Source of the DNA: an uncultured Lachnospiraceae bacterium
GTDB taxonomy: Bacteria > Bacillota > Clostridia > Lachnospirales > Lachnospiraceae
Assembly: GCA_900553305.1 (NCBI GenBank)
Contig: USDI01000001.1
Coordinates: 1 to 43,707 of the forward strand
Length of the DNA stretch: 43,707 nucleotides
Direction: 5' to 3'
The translations under genes and the position numbers were made by a program. The notes beneath the pieces are model-generated. The model was not told where the DNA came from. It saw nothing but the letters and a program-made list of their open reading frames with translations, and searched no databases. Shown piece after piece: positions 18,127 to 27,558 of this stretch; position 1 is the stretch's first letter; each line of letters opens with the position of its first letter.

Positions 18127-18369
18127 TCATAGCTGATGCTTCAATACCGCAATCACTTTATCATAGTTTTCCGGCTGATGGGGGAAGGTACAGTTCGTGC
18201 ATACCTTGATGGTTTTCCCGTTCTTCTCCATATAGGAAGGGTTCCCGGGACAAGCCGGCAACTGGTACATCGGACAGTAACAGAACAGACAGTTAAAGTC
18301 CGTTAACCCCTTATGGCAAGGAAAGTATTTGCAGTCTTTATTTTCAAAAAAGCAATAGGAATTCTCCAT
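18127..18369 (-). CDS. Cysteine-rich small domain (zf-like) protein
   Basis: 80 aa with CKYFPCH, FNCLFCYCPMY and CTNCTFPH; 4 bp after the cbiA stop. Confidence 0.85.
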   Translation of the reverse strand: MENSYCFFENKDCKYFPCHKGLTDFNCLFCYCPMYQLPACPGNPSYMEKNGKTIKVCTNCTFPHQPENYDKVIAVLKHQL

Positions 18370-18373
18370 AACG

Positions 18374-19900
18374 TTACCTCTTCCTGTCCCGATTCCTGTA
18401 TTGATTTCTGTTTTGATTTCTGTTCCGAAAGTCCCGTGCCTTTTTTACAAAGTTCTCGGCGAAACCGGGATTAGACGGATAATACAGATGGGGAAACCCA
18501 AGAAACCGGTTCTGTGTTTCAATGACACAGGGATAACTCCTTCCGGTCACCGGTTTCACTGCCACACAGTCCTCTCCGTTATCGGAACTGTCATAATAAT
18601 GAAACTCATGCCCGCGGATCTCCGTACCTTCCGGCAAAAACGCAGGCTTCTTTTCCTGCAGCTCGATATACCCAAATCTTACCAGTTTTCCTTCATTTGT
18701 GCAAATACCGGGGAGAACACCCGCCATCCGGTATTGCTGTCCTTCCTGATCTTCGATCGCTTCATGCAGATACATGAATCCGCCGCACTCTGCCACGCAG
18801 GGAATGCCCTGTTCCATGGCAGCCCGGATCTCATTTTTCATCGATAAGTTCTGCTCCAGCTCTTTTAAATGAAGCTCCGGATAGCCTCCTCCAAGCAGGA
18901 TGCCATCACAGCCTTCCGGCAGCCAGGAATCGTGAAGTGGTGAAAAGTAACGAAGCCTTGCCCCATGTTCCTCTAACAGCCGCAGGTTATCCTCATAATA
19001 AAAGCAGAAGGCTTCATCCCTTGCGACAGCGATTATTGGAGCGTCGGTGTCTGTGTTATTGTCTGTCAATTCTCCTGCTTCCATTCTGCCCCCATCGCTT
19101 GATTCGATGATTGAGTCTGTCACTGCCTCCATATAGACATGCTTTTCTTCTGTGAAACCTTCCAAATGATATCTAAGGTCTGAATCTCCCTTCGACATCT
19201 CCGGCAGTTCCACCGCCTCTGCCGCAATCTCCCTGATTTTCTCTATGGAAACCGTCTTCTGTAATTCTGCTGCAAAATCCCGGATCTGCTGCTGTACCTC
19301 TTCCTGCTCCTTAGGAAGCACCAGTCCAAGATGTCTGCTTTTCAATTCCAGATGCTTCTGATCCGGGACATAACCCACAACCGCAACCGGAAGCTCCTTT
19401 TCGATCAGTGGCTTGATCGTCTGGAAGTATGCCCCCGACATCCGGTTTAGAATCACGCCGCGGATCAGCTTCTCCGTATCATATTGCAGGAATCCGGCAA
19501 TCAGCGCAAGGACAGACTTTCCCATTCCTTTCGCATCCACCACAAGTACAATCGGTGTCCCGGTCACCTTGGCAAGATGATAGGACGAGCCCTCTTCCCG
19601 GATACCACCAAGTCCGTCATACAATCCCATCACGCCTTCGAGAACCGCAAGCTCTCCTTCCGTTCTGTCCGCCTTTAATAAGACGCGTGTCTCTTCCTCC
19701 CCGGTAAAAAAGGTATCAAGATTCTTAGAAGGTACTCCCAGCACCTCCTTATGAAACATCGGATCAATATAGTCCGGCCCGCACTTATAAGAAACAACCG
19801 GAATTCCCTGTTCCTTAAGGCTCTGTAACAGCGCACAGGTAATGGTTGTCTTGCCGCTTCCGCTTTTGGGGGCTGCGATCATCACTCGGTCAAGTTTCAT
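18374..19900 (-). CDS. cbiA: Cobyrinate a,c-diamide synthase
   Basis: SGSGKTT, KCGPDYIDP, EGVMGLYDG, AFCFYY, AECGGFMYL and GHEFHY; start moved to ATG 19900 behind a GGAG RBS. Confidence 0.95.
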   Translation of the reverse strand: MKLDRVMIAAPKSGSGKTTITCALLQSLKEQGIPVVSYKCGPDYIDPMFHKEVLGVPSKNLDTFFTGEEETRVLLKADRTEGELAVLEGVMGLYDGLGGIREEGSSYHLAKVTGTPIVLVVDAKGMGKSVLALIAGFLQYDTEKLIRGVILNRMSGAYFQTIKPLIEKELPVAVVGYVPDQKHLELKSRHLGLVLPKEQEEVQQQIRDFAAELQKTVSIEKIREIAAEAVELPEMSKGDSDLRYHLEGFTEEKHVYMEAVTDSIIESSDGGRMEAGELTDNNTDTDAPIIAVARDEAFCFYYEDNLRLLEEHGARLRYFSPLHDSWLPEGCDGILLGGGYPELHLKELEQNLSMKNEIRAAMEQGIPCVAECGGFMYLHEAIEDQEGQQYRMAGVLPGICTNEGKLVRFGYIELQEKKPAFLPEGTEIRGHEFHYYDSSDNGEDCVAVKPVTGRSYPCVIETQNRFLGFPHLYYPSNPGFAENFVKKARDFRNRNQNRNQYRNRDRKR

Positions 19901-19971
19901 ACACTTCTCCTTCTTTTCTGAATAATTACTCGAAACATAAAGCTCCATCATATGCATAATGATTCAGAATT

Positions 19972-21996
19972 TCACTCTTGAAATCGAAATGAACAGATCC
20001 ACACCGGATTTTCTGCCTGCATCAGATGATAGGAGCCAACCGGTTTCATGCGGTTCACCTGCACCTGCACGACCTCTTCCTCTGTTACCCGGAACTGTGT
20101 CAGGAGCTCCTTCAGCTCTGAAATAGTCTCTAAGCTGATGGCATTTAACACCACCCGCATCTGTGGATTCTTTTTATAAAGGCAATCCAGAATTTCTCTA
20201 AGCTGCCCGCTGCTTCCTCCGATAAACGCATGGGTTGGAACAGGGAGAGTCTCTAAGGCTTCCGGAGCCTTTCCTTTCACCACATGAAGATTGGGAAGTC
20301 CGAACTTCTCCTTATTCTGTTCAATGAGGAACACGGCTTCTTCCTTCTGCTCGATGGCATAAACCGCAATCGAGCCCGAAAGCCCAGCCATTTCCACCGC
20401 TACAGAACCGGTTCCGCTTCCTACATCATACACCACTGCTCCTTCGGACAGGTGCAGCTTGCAAATGCTGATTTCACGGATTTCTGCCTTGGTCATTGGA
20501 ACCTTATCCCGTATAAATGCCGCATCCTCCCGGTAAGGCGTCAAGATCGTCTTATTGGGAGCCGGATTTAAAATAAAACAGGTGTACAGTCCCTCCTTGT
20601 GACTGCCCAAGCACTCCTGTGGCGTCAATGTAAGGATCTCCTGCTCCGGATAGGACAACTGATACCCGGCCGTCACAACACAATCCGTAAGTCCTTCCAG
20701 GATCAGCAGCTCTCCTAATGCCCGCAGATCTGAAGCCCCGGACATTAATAGAAACACCTTCGCGTTCGTCCGGATTTTCTCTGCGAGATCCGGCACCTCT
20801 TTTCCATGCATGCTGACAAGCAGTGCATCCTCATAATGCTCTCCGATGCAGGACGCCAGACAGGCAATCGAAGAAATTCCGGGCCGGATCATAACAGTTC
20901 CCTGCAGACCCCCTGCTCTTATTTCTGCGGTCAGTGCCTCATACATGGCTTTGCAGCCACTGTAAAATCCTGTATCCCCGGAGAAAAGAATCACCACCCG
21001 GCATGGATTCCGGTCATACTCCTTCTTCGAAAGCTCCTTCAGATACGGCAGAATCTGCTTTGCCATATAATACGGCTTTTTCTCGATCCGGGGTTCGTAT
21101 GGCTCAATCATACGCTCTGCACCAAGCAGAACATCCGCATGTTCAATTGCTTCCTTTACTTCTCCGGTAAGGCTCTTTGGATTCCCCATACCGACTCCTG
21201 CCAGCGTAATTTCAAAACAGATTTCCTTGCGGATCGGTTTTCCGCTGAGGTTTTCAAGCTTCGTCACCACTTCTTCAAAGGAATCTCCCTCTTCCTCTGC
21301 CATCGTTCCAACCACATAAACCGGGATATTGATACGTTCTGCTGCCTTTAGCTTTTCCAGAAAGCCACCTGTTCTTCCGCTTTGTTTCGTTACAAGATGC
21401 TGAATGTCATATTGCCGCAGCATAGCTTCATTCATCTGCTCGGTAAATGGTCCCTGCAGCGCCAGAATCTGCTTTCCGGCAATCCCCTGCTCCATACAAA
21501 TCTGAATGCTCTCGATACCCGGAAGCACCCGGACATAGAGACGTTCCTTCAACTCTTCATGCGCACAGTACCGGAACAGATCCTTGCTGCCTGTCGTAAG
21601 AAGAATATTGCCTGTAGTCTGGCACAAAGCTTCCGCACAGGCTTCATGATCTTCAAAATAGCGGACGCCTTCAATTCTGCCCTCCTCCCGCTCTCTTTTT
21701 AACCGCAGATAAGGAATGGACAGATCTTTCATCGCCGCCTTGATATTCTGCGTCACCACCGTGGCATACGGGTGGGTCGCATCTACCACGGCAAGAAAGT
21801 CTCCTTTTTCAAGAAAATGCCGGATTTCTTCCTGATTCATTCTGCCCCGGTGGACGCTCACAAGAGGATGTTCCTTTAACACGATTTCTCCATATTCCGT
21901 TGCCACGCACATGGTATGCGCGATTCCGGCATCTGCCAGAGCCTCAGATAAGGCTCTGCCCTCCGTTGTCCCTGCAAAAATTAATATTTTCTTCAA
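19972..21996 (-). CDS. Fused cobalt-precorrin-6A reductase / C5,C15-methyltransferase (CbiJ-CbiE-CbiT)
   Basis: FAGTTEGR and VDATHPYA (CbiJ); GVGMGN and SGDTGFYS (CbiE); PMTKAEIR, DVGSGTGSV and FIGGSSG (CbiT); probable TTG start at 21996. Confidence 0.92.
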   Translation of the reverse strand: MKKILIFAGTTEGRALSEALADAGIAHTMCVATEYGEIVLKEHPLVSVHRGRMNQEEIRHFLEKGDFLAVVDATHPYATVVTQNIKAAMKDLSIPYLRLKREREEGRIEGVRYFEDHEACAEALCQTTGNILLTTGSKDLFRYCAHEELKERLYVRVLPGIESIQICMEQGIAGKQILALQGPFTEQMNEAMLRQYDIQHLVTKQSGRTGGFLEKLKAAERINIPVYVVGTMAEEEGDSFEEVVTKLENLSGKPIRKEICFEITLAGVGMGNPKSLTGEVKEAIEHADVLLGAERMIEPYEPRIEKKPYYMAKQILPYLKELSKKEYDRNPCRVVILFSGDTGFYSGCKAMYEALTAEIRAGGLQGTVMIRPGISSIACLASCIGEHYEDALLVSMHGKEVPDLAEKIRTNAKVFLLMSGASDLRALGELLILEGLTDCVVTAGYQLSYPEQEILTLTPQECLGSHKEGLYTCFILNPAPNKTILTPYREDAAFIRDKVPMTKAEIREISICKLHLSEGAVVYDVGSGTGSVAVEMAGLSGSIAVYAIEQKEEAVFLIEQNKEKFGLPNLHVVKGKAPEALETLPVPTHAFIGGSSGQLREILDCLYKKNPQMRVVLNAISLETISELKELLTQFRVTEEEVVQVQVNRMKPVGSYHLMQAENPVWICSFRFQE

Positions 21997-22726
21997 CCTG
22001 ATACCCCCGCTTCGTAACCAGTTTTCCATCGATGATTTCCGATCCTGCATTTCCGATAAACACGGTTGTGAACATGTTCACCTGTGTATCCCGCAGCTCC
22101 TTTAACGTACAGACAACCGCTTTCGTCCCTTCCCTGCCGATATTCTCCACATAGCCGCAGGCGCGGTCCTCTTCCAGTATTTCCAGAAGTATATCACAGG
22201 CTCGTTTCAGATAATCCTTCCTTTTATGACTGGACGGATTATAAATGGCAATGGCAAAATCTCCCATGGCCGCTGCCCGGAGCCTTTTTTCAATCTTATC
22301 CCACGGCGTCAACAGGTCACTTAAACTGATGACACAGAAATCGTGGTTCAGGGGTGCTCCAAGTACCGCTGCCCCGCTGCAGGCTGCTGTAATTCCCGGT
22401 ACCACAATAAGCTCCATGTCCTCATAACCTTTACCAATCTCATACATTAAGGAAGCGAGCCCATAGACACCGGCATCCCCACTGCAGATCAATGCCACCT
22501 GCTTTCCTTCAGACGCCTTTTCAAAGCACATCCGGCAGCGTTCTTCCTCCTGCCGCATCGGTGTTGACAGCAGCTCCTTTTCCCTGAACCGTTCACCAAG
22601 CAGATTGAGATAAACCGGATAGCCGACAATGACATCAGCTTCTTCCAGCGCCTTAAGGGCCTCTCCTGTCATCATTTCTTCTTTTCCCGGTCCCATTCCT
22701 ACGATATAAATTCTATTTTTCATCAA
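21944..22726 (-). CDS. cbiH: Cobalt-precorrin-3 C17-methyltransferase
   Basis: VGMGPG, CSGDAGVYG, LGAPLNHDF, SLSDLLTPW and YNPSS. Confidence 0.95.
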   Translation of the reverse strand: MMKNRIYIVGMGPGKEEMMTGEALKALEEADVIVGYPVYLNLLGERFREKELLSTPMRQEEERCRMCFEKASEGKQVALICSGDAGVYGLASLMYEIGKGYEDMELIVVPGITAACSGAAVLGAPLNHDFCVISLSDLLTPWDKIEKRLRAAAMGDFAIAIYNPSSHKRKDYLKRACDILLEILEEDRACGYVENIGREGTKAVVCTLKELRDTQVNMFTTVFIGNAGSEIIDGKLVTKRGYQVEENINFCRDNGGQSLI

Positions 22727-23867
22727 AAGACACGCTCCATCTTCGTTTTGCGATTGCTACGGTAATTCCATCCTCTGCCTGCTTTCCCGTGATGAGTATT
22801 CCATCCGGACCACTAAACCGTAAGGCAGCGCGTTCACAGACATTATCAACACCCACCTGACTTTTTACGAACTCCGATGCATGGAAATTTCCTTCCACCT
22901 GCTGTAGTTCTTCCGCGGAACAGGTGACAAAGGGAATGCCATAATGGCTGCTCATCCAGAGAATTCCCTCCTCGTCCTTTTTCCGGTCAATCGAGACGAA
23001 AGCTGCCACCTGCTCCATGGAAATGCCGCTTTCCTTAAGAACTTTGTGCACAAACTGATCGATCTGCTCTGCCGCCTTCCCCCTCTTGCAGCCGATTCCG
23101 ATGACATACTCCTTCGGGCGCAGGGTAAGAAGACGCCCCTTTCCATAGAAAGCCGGGGCTACTAAAATATCGACAGGAGATTCTGTAGAAACAAGCCGGA
23201 TTCCTTCCGGGACATTGATTTCTCCCGGAACCTTTCCTCTCCCCGGACTCCCCGCTTCTCCTTCTTGCAAATGCCCTTCTTCCACTGCCATCGTCACTTC
23301 TTCTCCTGCCAGAATGCGGGAAGACACTTTGGCAATGCCATCCTTATTCACGATGTGTAACGCATTCCGTCTGGCAAACAGGTCGACCGCAAAGCAATGA
23401 TTCAAGTCGGTTGCTGTTGTAATGACCGGGGTACTTCCCATGCGCTCTGCAAGGGAAAGCGCCAGTTCGTTGGCTCCTCCCACATGCCCTGCCAGAATGG
23501 GAATCACAAAGCGTCCCTGTTCATCCATTACAAGCACCGGCATATCGTTCAATTTATCCGTAAGAAACGGGGCGATGGCCCGGACCGCTATTCCACAGGC
23601 TCCGATAAAAAGAAGGCTCCGATGCTCCTTCATCTGCTCACCGGTCCATTCCGTAAGTGGCTGTTCCACATAAGAGAGTCCGCTTTCTACAAGATCCTTT
23701 TCTGCAAGATTCTTTTCTGTAAGTTTTCTTTCTGTCAAACTCTTTTCCGCATGGGAACACTTCGTATAAAGGCAAAGTTCCTCCTCTGCCTCCCCTGAAA
23801 ATGCCTTTTTAATTTTTAAGGACAGTTCGATTCCTTTTAGCGTAAAGCTGATAATACTTACCTTCAT
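22713..23867 (-). CDS. cbiG: Cobalt-precorrin-5A hydrolase
   Basis: GIAVRAIAP, AGHVGGAN, PVITTATD, GIGCKRG and VCERAA. Confidence 0.94.
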   Translation of the reverse strand: MKVSIISFTLKGIELSLKIKKAFSGEAEEELCLYTKCSHAEKSLTERKLTEKNLAEKDLVESGLSYVEQPLTEWTGEQMKEHRSLLFIGACGIAVRAIAPFLTDKLNDMPVLVMDEQGRFVIPILAGHVGGANELALSLAERMGSTPVITTATDLNHCFAVDLFARRNALHIVNKDGIAKVSSRILAGEEVTMAVEEGHLQEGEAGSPGRGKVPGEINVPEGIRLVSTESPVDILVAPAFYGKGRLLTLRPKEYVIGIGCKRGKAAEQIDQFVHKVLKESGISMEQVAAFVSIDRKKDEEGILWMSSHYGIPFVTCSAEELQQVEGNFHASEFVKSQVGVDNVCERAALRFSGPDGILITGKQAEDGITVAIAKRRWSVSFDEK

Positions 23868-24631
23868 TCTTGTGTTTCCTTTGCTTTCCGGAATTCCGTC
23901 GAAAAATCCGGCGCATAGAGTCTGGACTTCCGGTAATGCTGATGCGCGATTGCATCCCCGACAAGCACCAGTGCCGTCTTATAGATTCCATGCTCCTTTG
24001 CAACAGCCGGTAACGTTTCCACCGTGCAGACATAAGCCTGCTCTTCCGGCCAGGTAGCTTTATAGACAAGGGCTGCCGGTGTTTCCTTCCGGTATCCGCC
24101 TTTTATTAATCGCCTGCTCAGTTCTTCCAGCATTCCGGCACTTAGATAAATCGCCATGGAGGCCTGATGTGTGGCAAGCCCTTCGATCTGTTCCTTTTCT
24201 GGCACGCCTGTCCTTCCTTCCATCCGGGTAATAATCAGTGTCTGGGAAATATCCGGCAGAGTATATTCGAGATTCAACGATGCTGCCGCTCCGAAGCAGG
24301 CACTTACGCCCGGACAGCTCTCATAGGCAATTCCCTTTTCCTCCAGTGCATCCATCTGTTCACGCACCGCCCCGTAAATGCTGGGATCTCCGGTATGCAG
24401 CCGCACAATTCTTTTTCCGCTTTTCTCTGCCTCTTCCATAATCGCAAGGACCTCCGGAAGCGTCAGTCTGGCACTGTTATGGATTTCACAATCCTTTTTT
24501 GCATATTGTAAAAGCTCCGGATTCACAAGAGAACCTGCATAGATAATCACATCTGCTTTTTCCAAAAGATGCATGCCCCGTACCGTAATTAAATCCGCTG
24601 CTCCTGTTCCTGCTCCAACAAAGTAAACCAT
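23864..24631 (-). CDS. cbiF: Cobalt-precorrin-4 C11-methyltransferase
   Basis: FVGAGTG..DLITVRG, YAGSLV, RLHTGDPSIYGA and KATWPEE. Confidence 0.95.
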   Translation of the reverse strand: MVYFVGAGTGAADLITVRGMHLLEKADVIIYAGSLVNPELLQYAKKDCEIHNSARLTLPEVLAIMEEAEKSGKRIVRLHTGDPSIYGAVREQMDALEEKGIAYESCPGVSACFGAAASLNLEYTLPDISQTLIITRMEGRTGVPEKEQIEGLATHQASMAIYLSAGMLEELSRRLIKGGYRKETPAALVYKATWPEEQAYVCTVETLPAVAKEHGIYKTALVLVGDAIAHQHYRKSRLYAPDFSTEFRKAKETQE

Positions 24632-25731
24632 TCTTCCACTCCTTCACTCTTCGCCAGTTCCCCGAATTCGTTTGCGTACATGAGGCATTCGACCTGCATT
24701 TTCCCCCCTGCACGCTTATTCAGATAATAAAAAATCCGCTCCATCGCTGCCTCCATGACCGGTGCTCTTTTGCCGCACGAATCGAGGATTCTTACGGCTT
24801 CTTCGGTTGTGACACAGGTTAAAATCTGCTGTGCCACCGGAAGCTCTACGCCAATCTTTACCGCAAAAGCAGTCAGCAGCTCCATCCGGCAGTCCCCTTC
24901 CCTGGAATGGGTATTCATGATGCCACCCGCTACCTTAATCAGCTTTCCAATATGGCCGGTTAAAAGCATTTTCTGAAAGCCAAGCTCCACCGCCATGTCA
25001 ATCGTCTGTCCGATAAAGTTACTGCATTTCACACTCCGATTAAGGTCATAGTGATAGACCTTTTTCATATAATCCAGTCCATAATTTCCGGGAGAAACCG
25101 CCACATAATCATACCCTTGTGCTTTGCGCTGGTTGAGCTCGACACGGATGGTATCCAATATCGCCTGATTGCTCATCGGCTCTACAATTCCGCTGGTTCC
25201 CAGAATGGAAATGCCGCCGACAATGCCAAGGCGTGGATTAAAGGTCTGCTGTGCAAGCTCCTCTCCTCCCGGCACGGAAATCTCGATCTGCAGGCCTCCC
25301 TGATAATCCAGGAGGTGGCATACCTCCAGTACTTCCTTCGTAATCATTTCCCGCGGTACATGATTGATTGCCGCATTTCCTACCGGCTGGTCGAGTCCCG
25401 GCTTTGTCACTCTCCCGACGCCTGTTCCACCGTCAATCAGAACCTCTGCCTGTGTCCCCTTTTCGCCGGAATCCGGTTGATTTTCCGGAAACGTTACCCT
25501 GGCAACAATCCGGGAACCGGTTGTGACATCGGGATCGTCCCCGCCATCCTTTATGACCGCACAGGTAACGGCACGCTCTTTCCTCTGAATATCGGTAATC
25601 TGCGCGGTGTATGGAATTCCCTTGGGCGTTTCAATCGTGATTTCTGTTTTTTCCATTCCGGAAAGAAGCATATAGGCGGCTGCCTTGGCGGCCGCTGCTG
25701 CACAGCTTCCTGTCGTAAAACCGTATCTCAT
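24589..25731 (-). CDS. cbiD: Cobalt-precorrin-5B C1-methyltransferase
   Basis: RYGFTTGSCAAAA, KDGGDDPDVT and NPRLGIVGGISILGTSGIV. Confidence 0.96.
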   Translation of the reverse strand: MRYGFTTGSCAAAAAKAAAYMLLSGMEKTEITIETPKGIPYTAQITDIQRKERAVTCAVIKDGGDDPDVTTGSRIVARVTFPENQPDSGEKGTQAEVLIDGGTGVGRVTKPGLDQPVGNAAINHVPREMITKEVLEVCHLLDYQGGLQIEISVPGGEELAQQTFNPRLGIVGGISILGTSGIVEPMSNQAILDTIRVELNQRKAQGYDYVAVSPGNYGLDYMKKVYHYDLNRSVKCSNFIGQTIDMAVELGFQKMLLTGHIGKLIKVAGGIMNTHSREGDCRMELLTAFAVKIGVELPVAQQILTCVTTEEAVRILDSCGKRAPVMEAAMERIFYYLNKRAGGKMQVECLMYANEFGELAKSEGVEEWFTLLEQEQEQRI

Positions 25732-25839
25732 ATCTTTATCCTTAATCTATCCTCTATACCTTGGTTTGTTTCTGTCATCTGTCAACCATATTTCAACCGG
25801 TATGAATCCTTTATTAAAGTAACAATTCAGCCAATCTTT

Positions 25840-26478
25840 TCATGATCTGTTTCGTGTAAGCTCATAAATCAGCGCATTACAGATTGCCGCGGCTACATTG
25901 CTGCCGCCCTTTCTGCCCCGGTTAATAATAAAAGGAACATCGGTCTGCCAAATAAGCTCCTTTGCCGCTTCCACATTCACAAATCCGACCGGAACGCCGA
26001 TCACAAATGCCGGACGCCAACTACTGTTCTGCATCATTTCGTAGATCTGAATGAGCGCTGTCGGTGCATTTCCTACAGCAAAGATCACCGGCTTTTTGAT
26101 CTTCGCTGCCATTTCCATGCTGACAGCCGCGCGCGTCGTTTTGCGCTCCTTTGCAAGCTTTGCAACGGTTTCATCTGCCATATAGCAATGTACCTCTCCA
26201 CCCAGCCCGGCCAGTGACCTCTTGTTGATTCCGGAAAGCGCCATATTCGTGTCCGTTACAATATCGGCTCCCTGCCTAAGAAGTTCCCTGGCAATCCCGA
26301 CTGCTCCCTCCGAAAAGGTCAGGGTTTCCGTATATTCAAAATCCGCAGTCGTATGAATGACTCTTTTCGTAATCATTTCCTGCTCTTTGGGCAGCACAAT
26401 TCCGCGCTTTTTCAGCTCACCATCGATGATTTCAAAGCTTCTTTGTTCAATCTGTTCCGGTAATAAATGTTCCATCAC
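25840..26478 (-). CDS. cbiC: Cobalt-precorrin-8 methylmutase
   Basis: IEQRSFEII, RVIHTTAD, GNAPTAL and GRKGGSNVAAA; probable GTG start at 26478 (GTGA overlap with the cobD stop). Confidence 0.95.
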   Translation of the reverse strand: MMEHLLPEQIEQRSFEIIDGELKKRGIVLPKEQEMITKRVIHTTADFEYTETLTFSEGAVGIARELLRQGADIVTDTNMALSGINKRSLAGLGGEVHCYMADETVAKLAKERKTTRAAVSMEMAAKIKKPVIFAVGNAPTALIQIYEMMQNSSWRPAFVIGVPVGFVNVEAAKELIWQTDVPFIINRGRKGGSNVAAAICNALIYELTRNRS

Positions 26479-27557
26479 GGTTTTAAACACTCCTTTATTG
26501 CTTCCAGTAATTGCAGATTTTCTTCATGACGCTTCACGGCAATGCGGTAATACCCTTCAGACAGTCCTTCGAAATTGGAGCAGTCCCGAATCAGAATTCC
26601 CCCCTGCAATAATTTCTCATACAGGTTTTCCTCACAGTAAAATAAAAGGAAGTTCGCTTCTCCCGGAAATACCCGGATTCCCATTTTCATTAATGCATCT
26701 ACAAGAAACTGCCGCTCCTTTTTCACATAACGGACTGTCTCTGTAAGGTAAGCTGCGTTTTCTAAAGAAAGGCATGCCTGTCCCGCCTTCTGTGCAAAGA
26801 CCGACAGATTCCACTCCGGAAGCTGCTCCCGGATCTTTATACGAAGTTCTTCTGCACGACAGATCAGATAGCCAAGCCGCACTCCCGGAATGGCATAACT
26901 CTTCGTAAAGGCCCGCAGCAAAAGCAGCCGGTCCTCTTTCCCGATTTCAGAAAGCATGGAATCCTGCCCTTCACAAAATTCAATAAAGCATTCATCCAGT
27001 AACAGCCAGGTATTGGTTTTCCTGCATTTTCGAAAAAGCTCTTTCAAATACTCCTTCGAAGTGAGCACTCCGGTCGGATTGTTTGGATTTGCCAGAATAA
27101 GGAGCTCCGGTCTTTCCTTCTCCAAAACAGTAAATAGTTCCTCTGTTAATAAAAACCTGTTCTCTTCCTTTAACATAAATGGAATCACTCTGCTTCCTGC
27201 TGCTTTCGCCGCATGCTGATAACCATAAAAGGAAGGACAGGGGAGCATGATTTTCGTTGAATGCAGGGCATGCACAACCGCCATCAGAAGCTCCGAAGCC
27301 CCATTTCCAAAAAGTAGATATTCTTCCGGTACAACAAGCTTCTCTGCAAGTTTCTCTTTCAATGCCTTAGCCTCTATGTCCGGATATTCCTGCACGCTGC
27401 TGACTGCCTCATGCAGCGCCGCTTCCACTCCGTCCGGCTTTCCGAGCGGATTTACATTGACCGAGAAATCAAGCCGGACCTGGTTCCGGTAGATGTCTCC
27501 ACCGTGTATTGCTTTATTTTTCATCATGTCTTTCCGGCTCCTTTCTGTTTTATCCAT
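26475..27557 (-). CDS. cobD: L-threonine-O-3-phosphate decarboxylase
   Basis: HGGDIY, DFSVNVNPLG, NPNNPTG and RAFTKSYAIPGVRLGY; cob operon context. Confidence 0.9.
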   Translation of the reverse strand: MDKTERSRKDMMKNKAIHGGDIYRNQVRLDFSVNVNPLGKPDGVEAALHEAVSSVQEYPDIEAKALKEKLAEKLVVPEEYLLFGNGASELLMAVVHALHSTKIMLPCPSFYGYQHAAKAAGSRVIPFMLKEENRFLLTEELFTVLEKERPELLILANPNNPTGVLTSKEYLKELFRKCRKTNTWLLLDECFIEFCEGQDSMLSEIGKEDRLLLLRAFTKSYAIPGVRLGYLICRAEELRIKIREQLPEWNLSVFAQKAGQACLSLENAAYLTETVRYVKKERQFLVDALMKMGIRVFPGEANFLLFYCEENLYEKLLQGGILIRDCSNFEGLSEGYYRIAVKRHEENLQLLEAIKECLKP

Positions 27558-27558
27558 C

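Noticed and set aside
25732..25839. Internal promoter or cbiL remnant between cbiC and cbiD
   Set aside because: A TTGACA is present on the minus strand but has no correctly spaced -10, and I saw no methyltransferase-like coding remnant.
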